The notes: generated from the sequence alone by a model not told the origin. Shown: positions 43,026 through 53,372, counted from the stretch's first letter. The stretch: DNA of 64,000 bases from Candidatus Aldehydirespiratoraceae bacterium (GCA_965261185.1 CBDHCN010000002.1:2528813-2592812); one strand, 5' to 3'. A program made the numbers and translations.

Positions 43026-44486
43026 TTAGATATCTCGGGCGCACCTCCAACGAGCGTGGCGCACCAGCAGGTCCAGCGAGCGGATCGCTCTTGCAGCCGA
43101 GGCATGACACATCAGACCGGCTGCTCTCATTGTGGCTGGACCAGGCGTTTCAGGGCGCGTGTTCGTTAGTTCGGTGGCCACCAGCACCGGAGTGTTTGTG
43201 CGTTTGGCGATAGCGGCGGCGGCTTCGGCGTAGCGCGCGTCTTGAGTTTCGTGAAAGTTGACGATTCGTCGCAACCCGTGGTCGGGGAAAAACGGGCCGC
43301 GACGCATCATGGCGGCGGTGTTGGATTGGATGCCGAGTCCCAGGAAAAGCACGGCATCGACTTCGGTGTGGCCAGCGACCATCTCCAGGATCATCGGTAC
43401 TGTGTCACGGGTTTCACCCCCTGCCATGTCGATGGGGTTGTTCTTGCTCCAGCGTGGCGGAAGCAGTTTGTCGATTTCTGCTTTCAGGTTTTCAGGTAGT
43501 GGCGTTGGGTCGAGCAGGGTGCCGGCCATGGCGTCAACAGCGGCCACGCCCCATCCGCCGACCGTTGTCACGACGACGACGCGATTACCGGTGGGCAACG
43601 GTTGTGTTGCGAAAGTCGCGGCCGCTTCAAAACCTTCTTCTAGGTCACGGGCGCGGATGAGCCCGGCTTGAAGGCTCATGCCGTCGAACACTGCGTCGTC
43701 GGTGGCCAAGGCTCCGGTGTGGCTGGCGGCAGCTCGCGCGCCGGCGGTGGAAGCTCCTCCCTTCACCACCACGATCGGTTTGGTTGCGGAGATGGCTCGA
43801 AGTCGCTCGAACATAGCGCGGCCGTCGTCAACCGATTCCATATAGGCAAGGCTCACTGCTGTCTGCGGATCGCCGGCGAACCATTCGAGATAGTCAGTGA
43901 TCTCCAACTGTGCGGCGTTGCCAGCGGAGATTGCGCGGGATATGCCGACCCCGCTTTGGTGAGCCATGTTCAACAACGACGATACGAAATTCCCAGACTG
44001 ACTGACGACGGCCAGGTTGCCCGCCGGTGCGTAAGGTGCCACGATCTGAGCGCACATGCTTGACGGAGTTGAGACGACGCCCTGGCCGTTGGGTCCTGCC
44101 AACACGACCTCAAGTTCGTCGGCTAAAGCAACCAGGCTTCGCTCTGCTTCGACACCGTCGGCTCCGGCTTCGCGGTAACCGGCCGCCGCGACGAACGCGG
44201 CCTTCGCGCCCTTAGCCGCGGCGGTGCGCAACAAGCCTTCGTTCAGAGGTGGTGGTGTGCAGATGAACACCATGTCGGCCCTACCGACAGGCACTTCGTC
44301 GATCGACCCCAGCACGTTTCGGCCCAGTACTTGGCCTGGTTCGCGGCCTATCGCGAAGATCTCACCCCGGTACCCAGCGGTCAGCAGATTGTGTAGCGCG
44401 ACGAAACCGAATTTTCCGGGGTGATTCGACACGCCAGTGATGATGATTCCTCGGGGTTCAAACAGGGGAGTGAGATCACGGGTCAT
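43026..44486 (-). CDS. ADP-forming acyl/acetyl-CoA ligase, CoA-binding (alpha-like) subunit
   Basis: Contains LFEPRGIIITGVSNHPGKFG (CoA-binding Rossmann) and succinyl-CoA-synthetase-like flavodoxin domains. Confidence 0.8.
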   Translation of the reverse strand: MTRDLTPLFEPRGIIITGVSNHPGKFGFVALHNLLTAGYRGEIFAIGREPGQVLGRNVLGSIDEVPVGRADMVFICTPPPLNEGLLRTAAAKGAKAAFVAAAGYREAGADGVEAERSLVALADELEVVLAGPNGQGVVSTPSSMCAQIVAPYAPAGNLAVVSQSGNFVSSLLNMAHQSGVGISRAISAGNAAQLEITDYLEWFAGDPQTAVSLAYMESVDDGRAMFERLRAISATKPIVVVKGGASTAGARAAASHTGALATDDAVFDGMSLQAGLIRARDLEEGFEAAATFATQPLPTGNRVVVVTTVGGWGVAAVDAMAGTLLDPTPLPENLKAEIDKLLPPRWSKNNPIDMAGGETRDTVPMILEMVAGHTEVDAVLFLGLGIQSNTAAMMRRGPFFPDHGLRRIVNFHETQDARYAEAAAAIAKRTNTPVLVATELTNTRPETPGPATMRAAGLMCHASAARAIRSLDLLVRHARWRCARDI

Positions 44487-45139
44487 TGTTCGATCTCCAC
44501 CAAAGCGTCCACGGCTACTGGTCGGCCGTCGACGATGATCAATGGGTTCAGGTCAATCGATAGAACCTCGGGGCGCGCGGCGCCTATTGAGCAGAGCGCC
44601 AACAGCACGTCAATCAGCTCTTGGCGGCGCAGTGCGGGTTCGCCGCGGAACTCACCAAGAAGGGCTTGGGCTGACAGGTCATTGATCATCTCTTCAGCGT
44701 CGATCTCGGTGATCGGAGAAAGGCGAAACGTTACGTCGCGGATGGCTTCGGCCAGCACCCCGCCGATACCGAGCATCACCACAAGTCCGAACTGCGGATC
44801 TTTGTACAAGCCGGCGATCAACTCGCGGTTGCCCTTGGCCATAGACGAGACCAGTAGTTCTACTTTGCCGTCACTTGGTCTGACTGCGGCCCAAAGATCG
44901 TCGCATGCCGTTTGCAAACTCTGTTGATCGTTGATCTGAAGTCGTACCAAACCTCGCTCGCTTTTGTGGGCGATTGCGCGCCCGCACAGCTTTGCTACGA
45001 CCGGATAGCTGACGGATTCGTCGGTGTTGAGAGCATCCAGGGTCGCCTCGGTGGTTTCGCCTGTGACGAAGGAAGAAACCACTACGCCATACTCGGCGAC
45101 CAAGCGTCTCGATTCGGCTTCTGACAACGTCACGCTCAC
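44483..45139 (-). CDS. ATP-grasp domain subunit of the ADP-forming acyl-CoA ligase
   Basis: 218 aa with LSEAESRRLVAEYGV...VAKL...HKSERGLV; overlaps the downstream partner by 4 nt. Confidence 0.75.
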   Translation of the reverse strand: MSVTLSEAESRRLVAEYGVVVSSFVTGETTEATLDALNTDESVSYPVVAKLCGRAIAHKSERGLVRLQINDQQSLQTACDDLWAAVRPSDGKVELLVSSMAKGNRELIAGLYKDPQFGLVVMLGIGGVLAEAIRDVTFRLSPITEIDAEEMINDLSAQALLGEFRGEPALRRQELIDVLLALCSIGAARPEVLSIDLNPLIIVDGRPVAVDALVEIEQ

Positions 45140-45218
45140 GGCGTCGGTATAGCACGAGCTTCACCTGTTGCGTGTCGCCAGAAAGCAATTCAGTCTGCGC
45201 TCAGGGTGCGAGCGATCG

Positions 45219-45623
45219 TCAGGGTTTCAGTTCGCAGGCGTCACCGGGTAACTTGTCGCGGTTTCGAGCTACCAAGGTGTATGCCGGTTTGGCGAGCCAC
45301 GAAACTGGTGGACGTACCAACACAGCGCCAACGAACCCCCAGCCACCCCCTGCGGCTCTTAGAGCGTGTCCGATTGCCAAGTGACCACGGTGCTTCTTAC
45401 CGGTTTCATCGATCCACCAAGCCGCTTCGTCAACGTCGGCAACGGTAAGGCGCAATTCGGCTAGATCCAGTGTCTGCCAGGCTTCCACCCGCGGGCCGCG
45501 CGCCTCAATCCAGCGAGCCGAGGCAGTACAGAATCCGCAGTCACCGTCAAAAATGAGCACGTTCTTAGTGTCGCCCGAAATTCCCCGGTCAACAAGGTTT
45601 TCTGTGACAATAGGACGATGCAT
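45219..45623 (-). CDS. DCC-family thiol-disulfide oxidoreductase (DUF393)
   Basis: N-terminal LIFDGDCGFCTASARWIE is the DCC motif. Confidence 0.8.
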   Translation of the reverse strand: MHRPIVTENLVDRGISGDTKNVLIFDGDCGFCTASARWIEARGPRVEAWQTLDLAELRLTVADVDEAAWWIDETGKKHRGHLAIGHALRAAGGGWGFVGAVLVRPPVSWLAKPAYTLVARNRDKLPGDACELKP

Positions 45624-45679
45624 GATCTGGCGATCTCAACTATCGCCAGTTGCGCACTCCCTCAAAGAGAGCGAAGGGC

Positions 45680-45766
45680 TTAGTTGCGGCCGGTGTTGGG
45701 CTTGCGGCCGTGGTTCGCCTTGGAGCGACGGGCCTTGGCCTTCCGCTTCTGGGTGCGCTTGGACAT
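45680..45766 (-). CDS. 28-aa basic mini-protein, ribosomal protein bL37-like
   Basis: Hand-found, below the ORF-track size cutoff. MSKRTQKRKAKARRSKANHGRKPNTGRN resembles the actinobacterial bL37 pattern (...KANHGKRPN.). Confidence 0.55.
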   Translation of the reverse strand: MSKRTQKRKAKARRSKANHGRKPNTGRN

Positions 45767-45808
45767 GGCGGGCAGGCTATCGGCGAAATTTGAGCCTGAC
45801 TCGGGCGA

Positions 45809-46825
45809 TCAAGCCGCGGCGTGGCTTGCTGTCCAAGCGAGCAAGTCCTCGTGGTGCCAGGTGTTGATGATGTCTTCGATCGGTACGCCGCAACGCACCG
45901 CCTTGTCGGCCCCGTACGGTTGCCATTCCAGTTGTCCGGTGGCATGAGCATCGCTGTCGATGGCGATCTTGCAGCCCCAATGCACGGCGATGTCGAGCAA
46001 CTCCTCGGGGGGATCCTGTCGTTCTGGACGGCAGTTGATCTCCACGGCAGTGTCGAATTGAGCGCAAGCCGCGAAGACGATTTCCGGGTCGAAGTCGCTG
46101 GGCGGGCGACCGGTGCCGACCAGTTTGCGGTTGGTGAGGTGGCCAAGCACATCGGTGTGGGGATTGGCGACTGCGGTGACCATGCGCCGGGTCATCTGAT
46201 CGGCTGGCAACCGCATCTTCGAGTGCACGCTGGCAACAACCAGATCAAGGCGTGCAAGCATCTCGTCGGACAAGTCGAGTGCGCCGTCTTCGAAGATGTC
46301 GACTTCCATTCCGGTCAGCACGCGAAACGGGGCAAGTTCGGAATTGAGCGCTTCGATCTCCTCGAGTTGTCGCTCCAAGCGTTCTTCGTTGAGACCGTGG
46401 GCGATAGTGAGGCGCGCGCTGTGATCGGTGATGACCATCCACTCGTGCCCCACAGCCATTGCTGCCTCGGCCATGCTACGCAACGACGAGCTCCCGTCAG
46501 AGGCGGTGGTGTGGGTATGACAGTCGCCGCGGATCGCGGCCATCACCGCGCCTCCCTCGCGCACGGGGATTCTGCTTCGCTCATCAAGGCGGGCCAGGTA
46601 TCCGTTGGGCTCATTGTTGAGCGCCTCAGCGATCACGGTGGCCGTTGACTTGCCAATCCCGTTCAGGTCCGTGAGCGTTCCGGTGGCCGCTCGTTCTGCA
46701 ATCTCGGCTTCTCCGACCTGCTGCACTACGTCGATTGCGTTTTGAAAAGCACGAATTTTCTGCGGTTGAGCTAGTTCGCGGTCAAGGTAGTGAATCGCCT
46801 GTTGCAGCGCTTGAACCGGCTCCAT
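45809..46825 (-). CDS. PHP-domain phosphoesterase with N-terminal helix-hairpin-helix region (PolX-C-terminal-like)
   Basis: Contains LTDLNGIGKSTATVI (HhH) and GDCHTHTTASDGSSSL...VITDHS (PHP metal site). Confidence 0.8.
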   Translation of the reverse strand: MEPVQALQQAIHYLDRELAQPQKIRAFQNAIDVVQQVGEAEIAERAATGTLTDLNGIGKSTATVIAEALNNEPNGYLARLDERSRIPVREGGAVMAAIRGDCHTHTTASDGSSSLRSMAEAAMAVGHEWMVITDHSARLTIAHGLNEERLERQLEEIEALNSELAPFRVLTGMEVDIFEDGALDLSDEMLARLDLVVASVHSKMRLPADQMTRRMVTAVANPHTDVLGHLTNRKLVGTGRPPSDFDPEIVFAACAQFDTAVEINCRPERQDPPEELLDIAVHWGCKIAIDSDAHATGQLEWQPYGADKAVRCGVPIEDIINTWHHEDLLAWTASHAAA

Positions 46826-46878
46826 GAGTCCAACGTTACCTGCTTGGAGAGCTATAGGAAGGGCCAGCGGACTAGCGG

Positions 46879-47211
46879 TCAGAGTTGGGCGAAGTCGACA
46901 GTTACCAGAATCACCAGCAAGACGATGATCGCCGCATTGATGGCGGTCATGGGCAACTTCCAGCGGTGATCTGACCGATGGAATCTACCGATGCTCACAA
47001 AGTTGGCCACAATCGCTGCCAAGCCCACCGGAATCCCGATCAAAGGCCCGACCCCCGTGCCGAAACCGACCAGCGGAAATACGAACGGAATCAGCACATA
47101 GGTGAGGCTGCAACGCACTCCAGATATGACAACTGACCTGGAGAACGCGCGTTCGGCCGACTGGGCATCGTCAGTTGTTGCGAGGCGACTCGCCGACGTC
47201 ACGTTCGTCAT
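46879..47211 (-). CDS. Small membrane protein (110 aa, 3 predicted TM segments)
   Basis: Start trimmed to ATG 47211 (MTNVTSA...). The rest of the 290-aa track ORF is antisense to ychF. Confidence 0.5.
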   Translation of the reverse strand: MTNVTSASRLATTDDAQSAERAFSRSVVISGVRCSLTYVLIPFVFPLVGFGTGVGPLIGIPVGLAAIVANFVSIGRFHRSDHRWKLPMTAINAAIIVLLVILVTVDFAQL

Positions 47212-47253
47212 TGCCTTGACGGTACCCGACGAGGCGACCGATAGCGTTGCGGA

Positions 47254-48327
47254 GTGGAGCGATTCGGATTTGTTGGGCTGCCCAACGCGGGTAAAAGCTC
47301 GTTGTACAACGCACTCGCGGGAGGGGGCGCGCACGCTGCGCCGTATGCATTTGCCACAACCGACCCCAACGTTGGTGTTGCCAAGGTGCCCGATTCTCGG
47401 CTCGACCAACTGGCGGAGATGAGCAACAGCCGCAGAGTCGTGCCGGCGGCGGTTCAGTTCACCGACATCGGCGGTTTGGTCGAGGGTGCTAGCCACGGCG
47501 ATGGTCTTGGCAATGCGTTTCTGGCGCACATTCGCGAGGTTGATGCCATCGTTTTTGTGTTGCGGGCGTTTCCCGACAGCGACGTGCCCGGCTTTGCAGA
47601 TCCTCTTGAGCATCTGCGGATTGTTGAGATTGAGTTGGCGCTCGCTGATTTGGCAAGCGCTGAAAAGGCGCTCGATCGCCACGCTCGGATGCTCAAAGGC
47701 GACAGTTCTCTGAGGCCTGTGGTTGCTCTGCTCAAGCGGTGTGTTGATCACTTGAGTGCGGGCGTGCCGTTGTATCGGGCAGATCTCGAGGCCGACGCCC
47801 GACAGCAGCTGAGGGAGTTTTTCTTTCTAACCAACAAGCCAGTGCTGGCCGTGCTCAACATTGGCGAAGACCAAATCGGACAAGAAGCCGAGATCGCAGC
47901 TCCGCTGGTGGCAGAACTCAACGGTGCAGAAGTGATCGCTCTCAGCGTTCAACTCGAAGCCGAAGCAGCTCAGCTTGATGCCGAAGACCGCAATGAGATG
48001 CTTGAAGCGCTCGGTCTCGGCGACGGTGCGGTGCCTCAGTTCTTGAACAGCGCTTATCACTTGCTCGGCTTGCGCACGTTCTTGACGACGGGAGAAAAAG
48101 AGAGCCGTGCCTGGACCTTTCGAGCCGGTGCGACTGCCCCCGAATGCGCCGGTGTCATCCACAGTGATTTTCAGCGCGGCTTTATCCGCGCTGAAACGAT
48201 CGCTTGCGACGAGCTTCTGCATGCCGGGTCGTGGTCGGCGGCGAAAGACCTGGGAAAGGTCCGCTCGGAGGGCAAGGACTACATCGCCAAGGATGGCGAC
48301 GTCATGGAGTTCCGTTTTGCGGTATAG
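47254..48327 (+). CDS. ychF: Redox-regulated ribosome-binding ATPase YchF
   Basis: Contains GFVGLPNAGKSSLYNAL and a C-terminal TGS-like domain (AWTFRAGATAPECAGVIHSDFQRGFIRAE). Confidence 0.95.
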   Translation: MERFGFVGLPNAGKSSLYNALAGGGAHAAPYAFATTDPNVGVAKVPDSRLDQLAEMSNSRRVVPAAVQFTDIGGLVEGASHGDGLGNAFLAHIREVDAIVFVLRAFPDSDVPGFADPLEHLRIVEIELALADLASAEKALDRHARMLKGDSSLRPVVALLKRCVDHLSAGVPLYRADLEADARQQLREFFFLTNKPVLAVLNIGEDQIGQEAEIAAPLVAELNGAEVIALSVQLEAEAAQLDAEDRNEMLEALGLGDGAVPQFLNSAYHLLGLRTFLTTGEKESRAWTFRAGATAPECAGVIHSDFQRGFIRAETIACDELLHAGSWSAAKDLGKVRSEGKDYIAKDGDVMEFRFAV

Positions 48328-48369
48328 TTTCTGCCACTGCCTACCTACTGTCAGGTAGGCTGAACGATT

Positions 48370-49308
48370 ATGGTCATTCCTGTGGATAAACCGGTGCTAG
48401 AGGCGCTTGAAGCGACAGCGGAACACTTGCTTGCGCGCCACCTGTCCACGACCAAGGAGTGGTTTCCGCACACGTTGGTTCCCTGGGATCGCGCCGCCGG
48501 ATTTTCCGCCGACTACGAATGGTCGCCAGCTGAGGCCAACCTTGACCCGGCAGTGCGTAGCGCTCTATTCGTCAACGTGTTGACCGAGGACAACCTGCCG
48601 TACTATTTCCGCGATATTGAGCGGATGTTCGGACGCGACGGTGTGTGGGGCGAATGGGTTCGGCGCTGGACCGCCGAAGAGGGTCGCCACGGATTCGTGA
48701 TCAACGCATACCTGTCGGCCACCCGCTCGATAGACCCAGTTGAACTGGAACGAGCGCGGATGGTTCAGGTTCAAACTGGTGCTGTCCCTGAGCCGCCCAA
48801 TGCTGCAGAGGGGCTTGCCTACGTCGCCCTTCAAGAGTTGGCAACCCGCATCTCGCACTTCAACACGGGTTCTCGGATCGATGATCCCGCTGGTCGAGCG
48901 GTCATGCGTCGTGTTGCGGCCGATGAGAATCTTCACTTCCTGTTCTACCGTGACGCGATGAGCGCGGTGTTCGAATCCGACCCCTCTGCTGCGGTAATAG
49001 CGACCGAGAAACAGGTGACCGGTTTTGCCATGCCCGGCGTGGGGATTCCGGGCTTCACAGCTCACGCCAAAGCCATTGCTGACGCTGGTATCTATGACCT
49101 GGCGATTCACCACGATCAAATTCTTCAGCCGGTGGTCATGCGTGAATGGAAAGTGGCCGACCTCGAGGGGCTCAGTGGTGAAGCGGAGCGGGCGCGGGAG
49201 CGTTTGATTCGATACGTCGGCCGAGTTGGCAAGGTTGGCAGACGTATTGCTGCTCGACGCGAAGAACGCTTGGCTGCGGCCGCGGAGCGTCAACCTGTCG
49301 GAGTCTGA
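48370..49308 (+). CDS. Acyl-ACP desaturase (soluble di-iron, DesA-like)
   Basis: Contains TEDNLPYYFRDIE and WTAEEGRHG, EENLH-type di-iron motifs. Confidence 0.85.
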   Translation: MVIPVDKPVLEALEATAEHLLARHLSTTKEWFPHTLVPWDRAAGFSADYEWSPAEANLDPAVRSALFVNVLTEDNLPYYFRDIERMFGRDGVWGEWVRRWTAEEGRHGFVINAYLSATRSIDPVELERARMVQVQTGAVPEPPNAAEGLAYVALQELATRISHFNTGSRIDDPAGRAVMRRVAADENLHFLFYRDAMSAVFESDPSAAVIATEKQVTGFAMPGVGIPGFTAHAKAIADAGIYDLAIHHDQILQPVVMREWKVADLEGLSGEAERARERLIRYVGRVGKVGRRIAARREERLAAAAERQPVGV

Positions 49309-49371
49309 TTTTCGCTGGTCCTCGGTCGCCTCGGCGCGCGGAAGAACTCGTCGGGCTCTACATTTGCCGTT

Positions 49372-49701
49372 ATGGCTTGGCTCCTGGTTGAGGATCAAGT
49401 GGTCGCCTCGGTGGAGGTCGTGACTACCCGCAGCGCTCGCTGCAAGGGACTCTTGGGGCGCCAAGGAATCGACGGTGCCATGCTTTTGTCACCGGCGCGT
49501 TCGGTCCACACAGTGGGCATGCAGTTCGCAATTGACGTTGCTCATCTTGATTCGGAGATGTGTGTGCTGACGGTGACCACAATGAAACCCGGTCGGGTTG
49601 GCCGTTTCTCGTTGCGGACCCGGCATGTACTGGAAGCGGAGGCGGGATCGATGCAACGTTTTGGCATCAACCCCGGAGTCCAGATAGAAGTCAGATCGTG
49701 A
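49372..49701 (+). CDS. DUF192 family protein
   Basis: 109 aa with ...RCKGLLGR...SVHTVGMQFAIDV...; stop overlaps the rsmI GTG. Confidence 0.7.
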   Translation: MAWLLVEDQVVASVEVVTTRSARCKGLLGRQGIDGAMLLSPARSVHTVGMQFAIDVAHLDSEMCVLTVTTMKPGRVGRFSLRTRHVLEAEAGSMQRFGINPGVQIEVRS

Positions 49702-50522
49702 CTGCGGCGTTGGTGATTGTGGCGACACCGATCGGCAATATGGGTGACTTGTCGCCCAGGGCGATAGCAGAACTGACCGGAGCGGAGCTTGTGTGTTGCG
49801 AGGACACCCGTCGAACAGGCCGCCTGCTAAGCCATGTTGGGGTGCGGGCGAGGGCCTTGCGACGAGTCGATGCGCATACAGAGGCTGCGGCATCGGCGGA
49901 GGTGGTTGAGTTGATTGCCGCGGGGCACAGGGTGGTGCTCGTGTCTGACTCCGGGACGCCGGGAGTTTGCGATCCAGGGCAACGCTTGGTCGTCGCGGTC
50001 GCGGGGGCCGGCCATGAGGTAGTGGTTGTGCCGGGACCTGCCGCCGTAATTGCGGCCCTGGTTGGAAGCGGTTTTGCCAGTGACCGTTTTTGCTTCGAGG
50101 GTTTTCTGCCGCGGCGCGGTGGCGAGCGGTCGAGCCGTTTGGAGCAACTCGCGGCCGAGCAGCGCACCTGTGTGCTTTATGAATCTCCAAAGCGTGTTGC
50201 CGCAACCTTGGGGGACCTGGCTCGGGTTTGTGGAGGAGAGCGACGGGCGGTGGTCGCACGGGAGTTGACGAAGTTGCACGAAGAGTTTGTGCGCGGCTCG
50301 CTTGATGAGTTGGTTGAGTGGTCTGCTGCTGAGCCCAAAGGCGAGATTGTGCTTGTGCTTGAGGGAGCGCCAGCGGCCCCCACCCCCGACGACGAGACAA
50401 TCGTTGCCGCGCTCGATCTGGCGCTTGCACAGGGCTTGAGTTCCAGGGACGCTGCAGCGTTGGTAGCGGCTGACCTCGGCGTGTCGAAGCGTAAGACCTA
50501 CGGCTTTCTGCACCAAGACTGA
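49698..50522 (+). CDS. rsmI: 16S rRNA (cytidine1402-2'-O)-methyltransferase
   Basis: Contains LVIVATPIGNMGDLSPRAIAEL...CEDTRRTGRLL and SDSGTPGVCDPG. Start at GTG 49698, not 49560. Confidence 0.9.
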   Translation: MTAALVIVATPIGNMGDLSPRAIAELTGAELVCCEDTRRTGRLLSHVGVRARALRRVDAHTEAAASAEVVELIAAGHRVVLVSDSGTPGVCDPGQRLVVAVAGAGHEVVVVPGPAAVIAALVGSGFASDRFCFEGFLPRRGGERSSRLEQLAAEQRTCVLYESPKRVAATLGDLARVCGGERRAVVARELTKLHEEFVRGSLDELVEWSAAEPKGEIVLVLEGAPAAPTPDDETIVAALDLALAQGLSSRDAAALVAADLGVSKRKTYGFLHQD

Positions 50523-50590
50523 CAGTTGAAAAGGGCCCGCTTCTGGCGGGTATCCCCTTGGCTGTCACACCCCATCCGTAATCTTGTGGC

Positions 50591-51706
50591 ATGGATTCAA
50601 TAGCTGTCATTTCATTGCTCGTTGCCGCTGTGTTGGTTGCGTTCGCTTGCGGGGTTCTGCTCTCTCGGACTCGACGCGGCCAAGAGTTAGAGGACCGTCG
50701 TCAGGAGCGCGACGCCCGCGACCAGAAGCTGGTCGAGCGGGTCGTCGAACTGGTCGACCACCGTTTGAGCTCGGGCATGCAGGAGATCGACAACAAGGGC
50801 CACGTCACCGCCAAGACGATGCTCAACGATGTCCGTGAAGTGATTTCTGAGTTGCAACGGCAGAGCGCCCTCCAGCACGGCGAAGTGAAACAGAACCTTG
50901 AAGGCGTTTCTCAGGTGCACAACGTATTGAGCAAGACCACAGGAGAGCTTCGCGAGGCGTTGGCGAGCAACCAGACACGTGGGCAGTGGGGTGAACGTGT
51001 CGCCGAGGACGTGTTGCAGGCTGCCGGGATGCAGCCAGGCATCCAGTACCACAAACAGGCCACCCTGGCCGATAGGTCCAGACCCGACTACACGTTCCTG
51101 CTCCCAAACGGCCTACAGCTTCACATGGACGTGAAGTTCCCCTACAACAACTATGAGAAGCACCTCAAGGCTGAGACAGAACAGGAGCGCGAGGCAACCA
51201 GAAAGCAATTCCTCAACGATGTGAAGAAGCGGGTCAAGGAAGTAGCCAAGCCTGGCTACATCGACAAGAACACAACGGTCGGCTACGCACTGCTGTTCAT
51301 TCCCGTCGAGAGCATCTACGGGTTCATCCATGAACACGAGTCGACGGTGATCGACGACGCCATGTCACAGGGTGTTGTGCTGTGTTCTCCCTACTCGCTG
51401 TTCGCGCAACTGGCGATGGTCCGCAAGGCCATTGACACATTCGCGTTGGCACGCTCGACAGATGAGATTCTCAGGCACCTGACATCGTTCGGCGTGCAGT
51501 GGCGGAAATACTCAGACGAAATCGCCAAGGTCAAGAAACAGCTGGGCACAGTCAGCGGAACCTTCGAATCGCTGTCGGGCACAAGGCGCAACCAACTGCA
51601 AAAAGAGATCGACAAGATCGACGAACTTCGCGGAAACGTAGGAGTAGAGGAGACCGTACCGACGCCTCGGGAAGTTGGGACCGGCGAGCACACCGCGCTG
51701 AATTGA
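50591..51706 (+). CDS. rmuC: DNA recombination protein RmuC
   Basis: N-terminal TM segment, then coiled coil, then the RmuC nuclease-like core (RPDYTFLLPNGLQLHMDVKFP...LFIPVES). Confidence 0.9.
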   Translation: MDSIAVISLLVAAVLVAFACGVLLSRTRRGQELEDRRQERDARDQKLVERVVELVDHRLSSGMQEIDNKGHVTAKTMLNDVREVISELQRQSALQHGEVKQNLEGVSQVHNVLSKTTGELREALASNQTRGQWGERVAEDVLQAAGMQPGIQYHKQATLADRSRPDYTFLLPNGLQLHMDVKFPYNNYEKHLKAETEQEREATRKQFLNDVKKRVKEVAKPGYIDKNTTVGYALLFIPVESIYGFIHEHESTVIDDAMSQGVVLCSPYSLFAQLAMVRKAIDTFALARSTDEILRHLTSFGVQWRKYSDEIAKVKKQLGTVSGTFESLSGTRRNQLQKEIDKIDELRGNVGVEETVPTPREVGTGEHTALN

Positions 51707-51743
51707 CCCTTGGGCGCTCAGATGCTCCGGTAACCTCAGGCTG

Positions 51744-53372
51744 ATGTCTGTTCCAGTTCTCGTCGCGGTTGCCTGGCCCTATGCCTCGGGTTCTCGTCAC
51801 CTCGGGCATCTTGCGGGGGCTTACCTGCCAGCAGATGTGTTCGCCCGCCATCAGCGGATTGTGGGCAACGAAGTGCTGATGGTCAGCGGATCTGATGTCC
51901 ACGGCACGCCGATCACGGTTCGAGCGGACGCCGAGGGGGTGTCTCCCAGTGTGATCGTTGATCGCTATCACTCTGAGTTCGTGCGCCAATGGGACGAATT
52001 GGGATTCTCCTGGGACCTGTTCACCACCACTGGCACCGAGAACCATGCCCGAGTCACTCAGGAGATGTTCCTGGCACAATTGCAGAACGGCCACATCGAC
52101 CGCCGAGTCTCCGAACAGTATTACGACCCAACTGCTGACCGATTCCTGCCTGACCGCTATATCGAAGGTACATGTCCGCATTGCGCCTACACCGAAGCCC
52201 GTGGTGATCAATGCGACAATTGCGGTCAGACTCTTGACGCCCTAGACCTCGGCGACCCCCGTTCGAAGATCAGCGGTGCAACACCTGAGCGTCGTGAAAC
52301 AGAGCACTTCTATTTCCGATACTCCGATTTCAACGAGCGGCTGACTGAGATTTACAAAGACAAGGCGCACTGGCGCCCGCACGTTCTCAACTTTGTGCGC
52401 GGATACCTCAAGGAGGGACTGCTCGATCGGGCCATCACCCGCGATATCGAGTGGGGCATTGAATTGCCTGTCGACGACCTAGGCCCAGGCAAGCGCATAT
52501 ACGTTTGGTACGACGCGGTGATCGGCTATTTGTCGGCCTCCCAGGAATGGTCCGCTCAGCAAGGAGACGACGATGCGTGGCGACGCTGGTGGGAGAACGA
52601 CGACAGCCGCCACGTCTATTTCATCGGCAAGGACAACATCCCGTTCCACTGCCTGTTTTGGCCGGCTCAGCTGATCGGTGCGGGCAAGCTACATCTGCCT
52701 GACGATGTGCCCGCCAATCAGTACGTCACCTTCAAGGGTGGGAAGGCGTCGGCGAGCCGCGGTGTTGGCCTGACTATCGACGAAGGCCTGGCACTGTTCG
52801 AACCCGACGGGCTGCGTTATGCCTTGGCCGCCAATTTTCCTGAGCAAGCCGATACCGAAGTATCGATCGAGTCGATCGCTCGTCGGATCAACGAGGAGTT
52901 GGTTGCCAACTGGGGGAACCTCGTCAACCGGGTGTTGTCGATGCTGTACAACAACCATGGCGTTCAGCCCACCTCCGGCGATCGCGCTGCAGAGGACCAA
53001 GCGCTACTCGACACCGTTGATGAGACTCTCGTGGCCTGTGACCAGCAATTCGAACGGGCGGAACTGCGTGGCGCCCTGCGCACCGCGATGCGCGGCGCGC
53101 AGGCGATCAATACTTATCTCAACGCAACGGAGCCCTGGAAACTAGCCAAGACCGATGCCAAACGAAGCGCAACCGTGCTTGCCACCGCCCTTGACGCGAT
53201 CAATGGCATCCGCGTCGGCTTCGCGCCGTTCTTGCCGTTTTCGTCGGCCCGGCTTGATGAGATTCTGGGACCGCTTGACGGATGGTCCCGCAAACCAGTG
53301 GCGCCGGGTACCGAGATACCAAAACCCGCGCCGCTCTTTGCGAAAGTAGATATCGACGCGATTAGTAGTTGA
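51744..53372 (+). CDS. metG: Methionine--tRNA ligase
   Basis: HIGH-type motif (SRHLGHLAG), zinc knuckles (CPHCAY...CDNCG) and a KMSKS-like motif (GGKASASRG). Confidence 0.95.
   Translation: MSVPVLVAVAWPYASGSRHLGHLAGAYLPADVFARHQRIVGNEVLMVSGSDVHGTPITVRADAEGVSPSVIVDRYHSEFVRQWDELGFSWDLFTTTGTENHARVTQEMFLAQLQNGHIDRRVSEQYYDPTADRFLPDRYIEGTCPHCAYTEARGDQCDNCGQTLDALDLGDPRSKISGATPERRETEHFYFRYSDFNERLTEIYKDKAHWRPHVLNFVRGYLKEGLLDRAITRDIEWGIELPVDDLGPGKRIYVWYDAVIGYLSASQEWSAQQGDDDAWRRWWENDDSRHVYFIGKDNIPFHCLFWPAQLIGAGKLHLPDDVPANQYVTFKGGKASASRGVGLTIDEGLALFEPDGLRYALAANFPEQADTEVSIESIARRINEELVANWGNLVNRVLSMLYNNHGVQPTSGDRAAEDQALLDTVDETLVACDQQFERAELRGALRTAMRGAQAINTYLNATEPWKLAKTDAKRSATVLATALDAINGIRVGFAPFLPFSSARLDEILGPLDGWSRKPVAPGTEIPKPAPLFAKVDIDAISS

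Noticed and set aside
46879-47751. 290-aa minus-strand ORF
   Set aside because: Only the C-terminal 110 codons (three hydrophobic segments) look genuine. The upstream 180 codons are antisense to ychF.
48565-50610. 299-aa and 373-aa minus-strand ORFs
   Set aside because: Antisense to the desaturase, DUF192 and rsmI genes; Pro/Arg/Ser-rich shadow ORFs.
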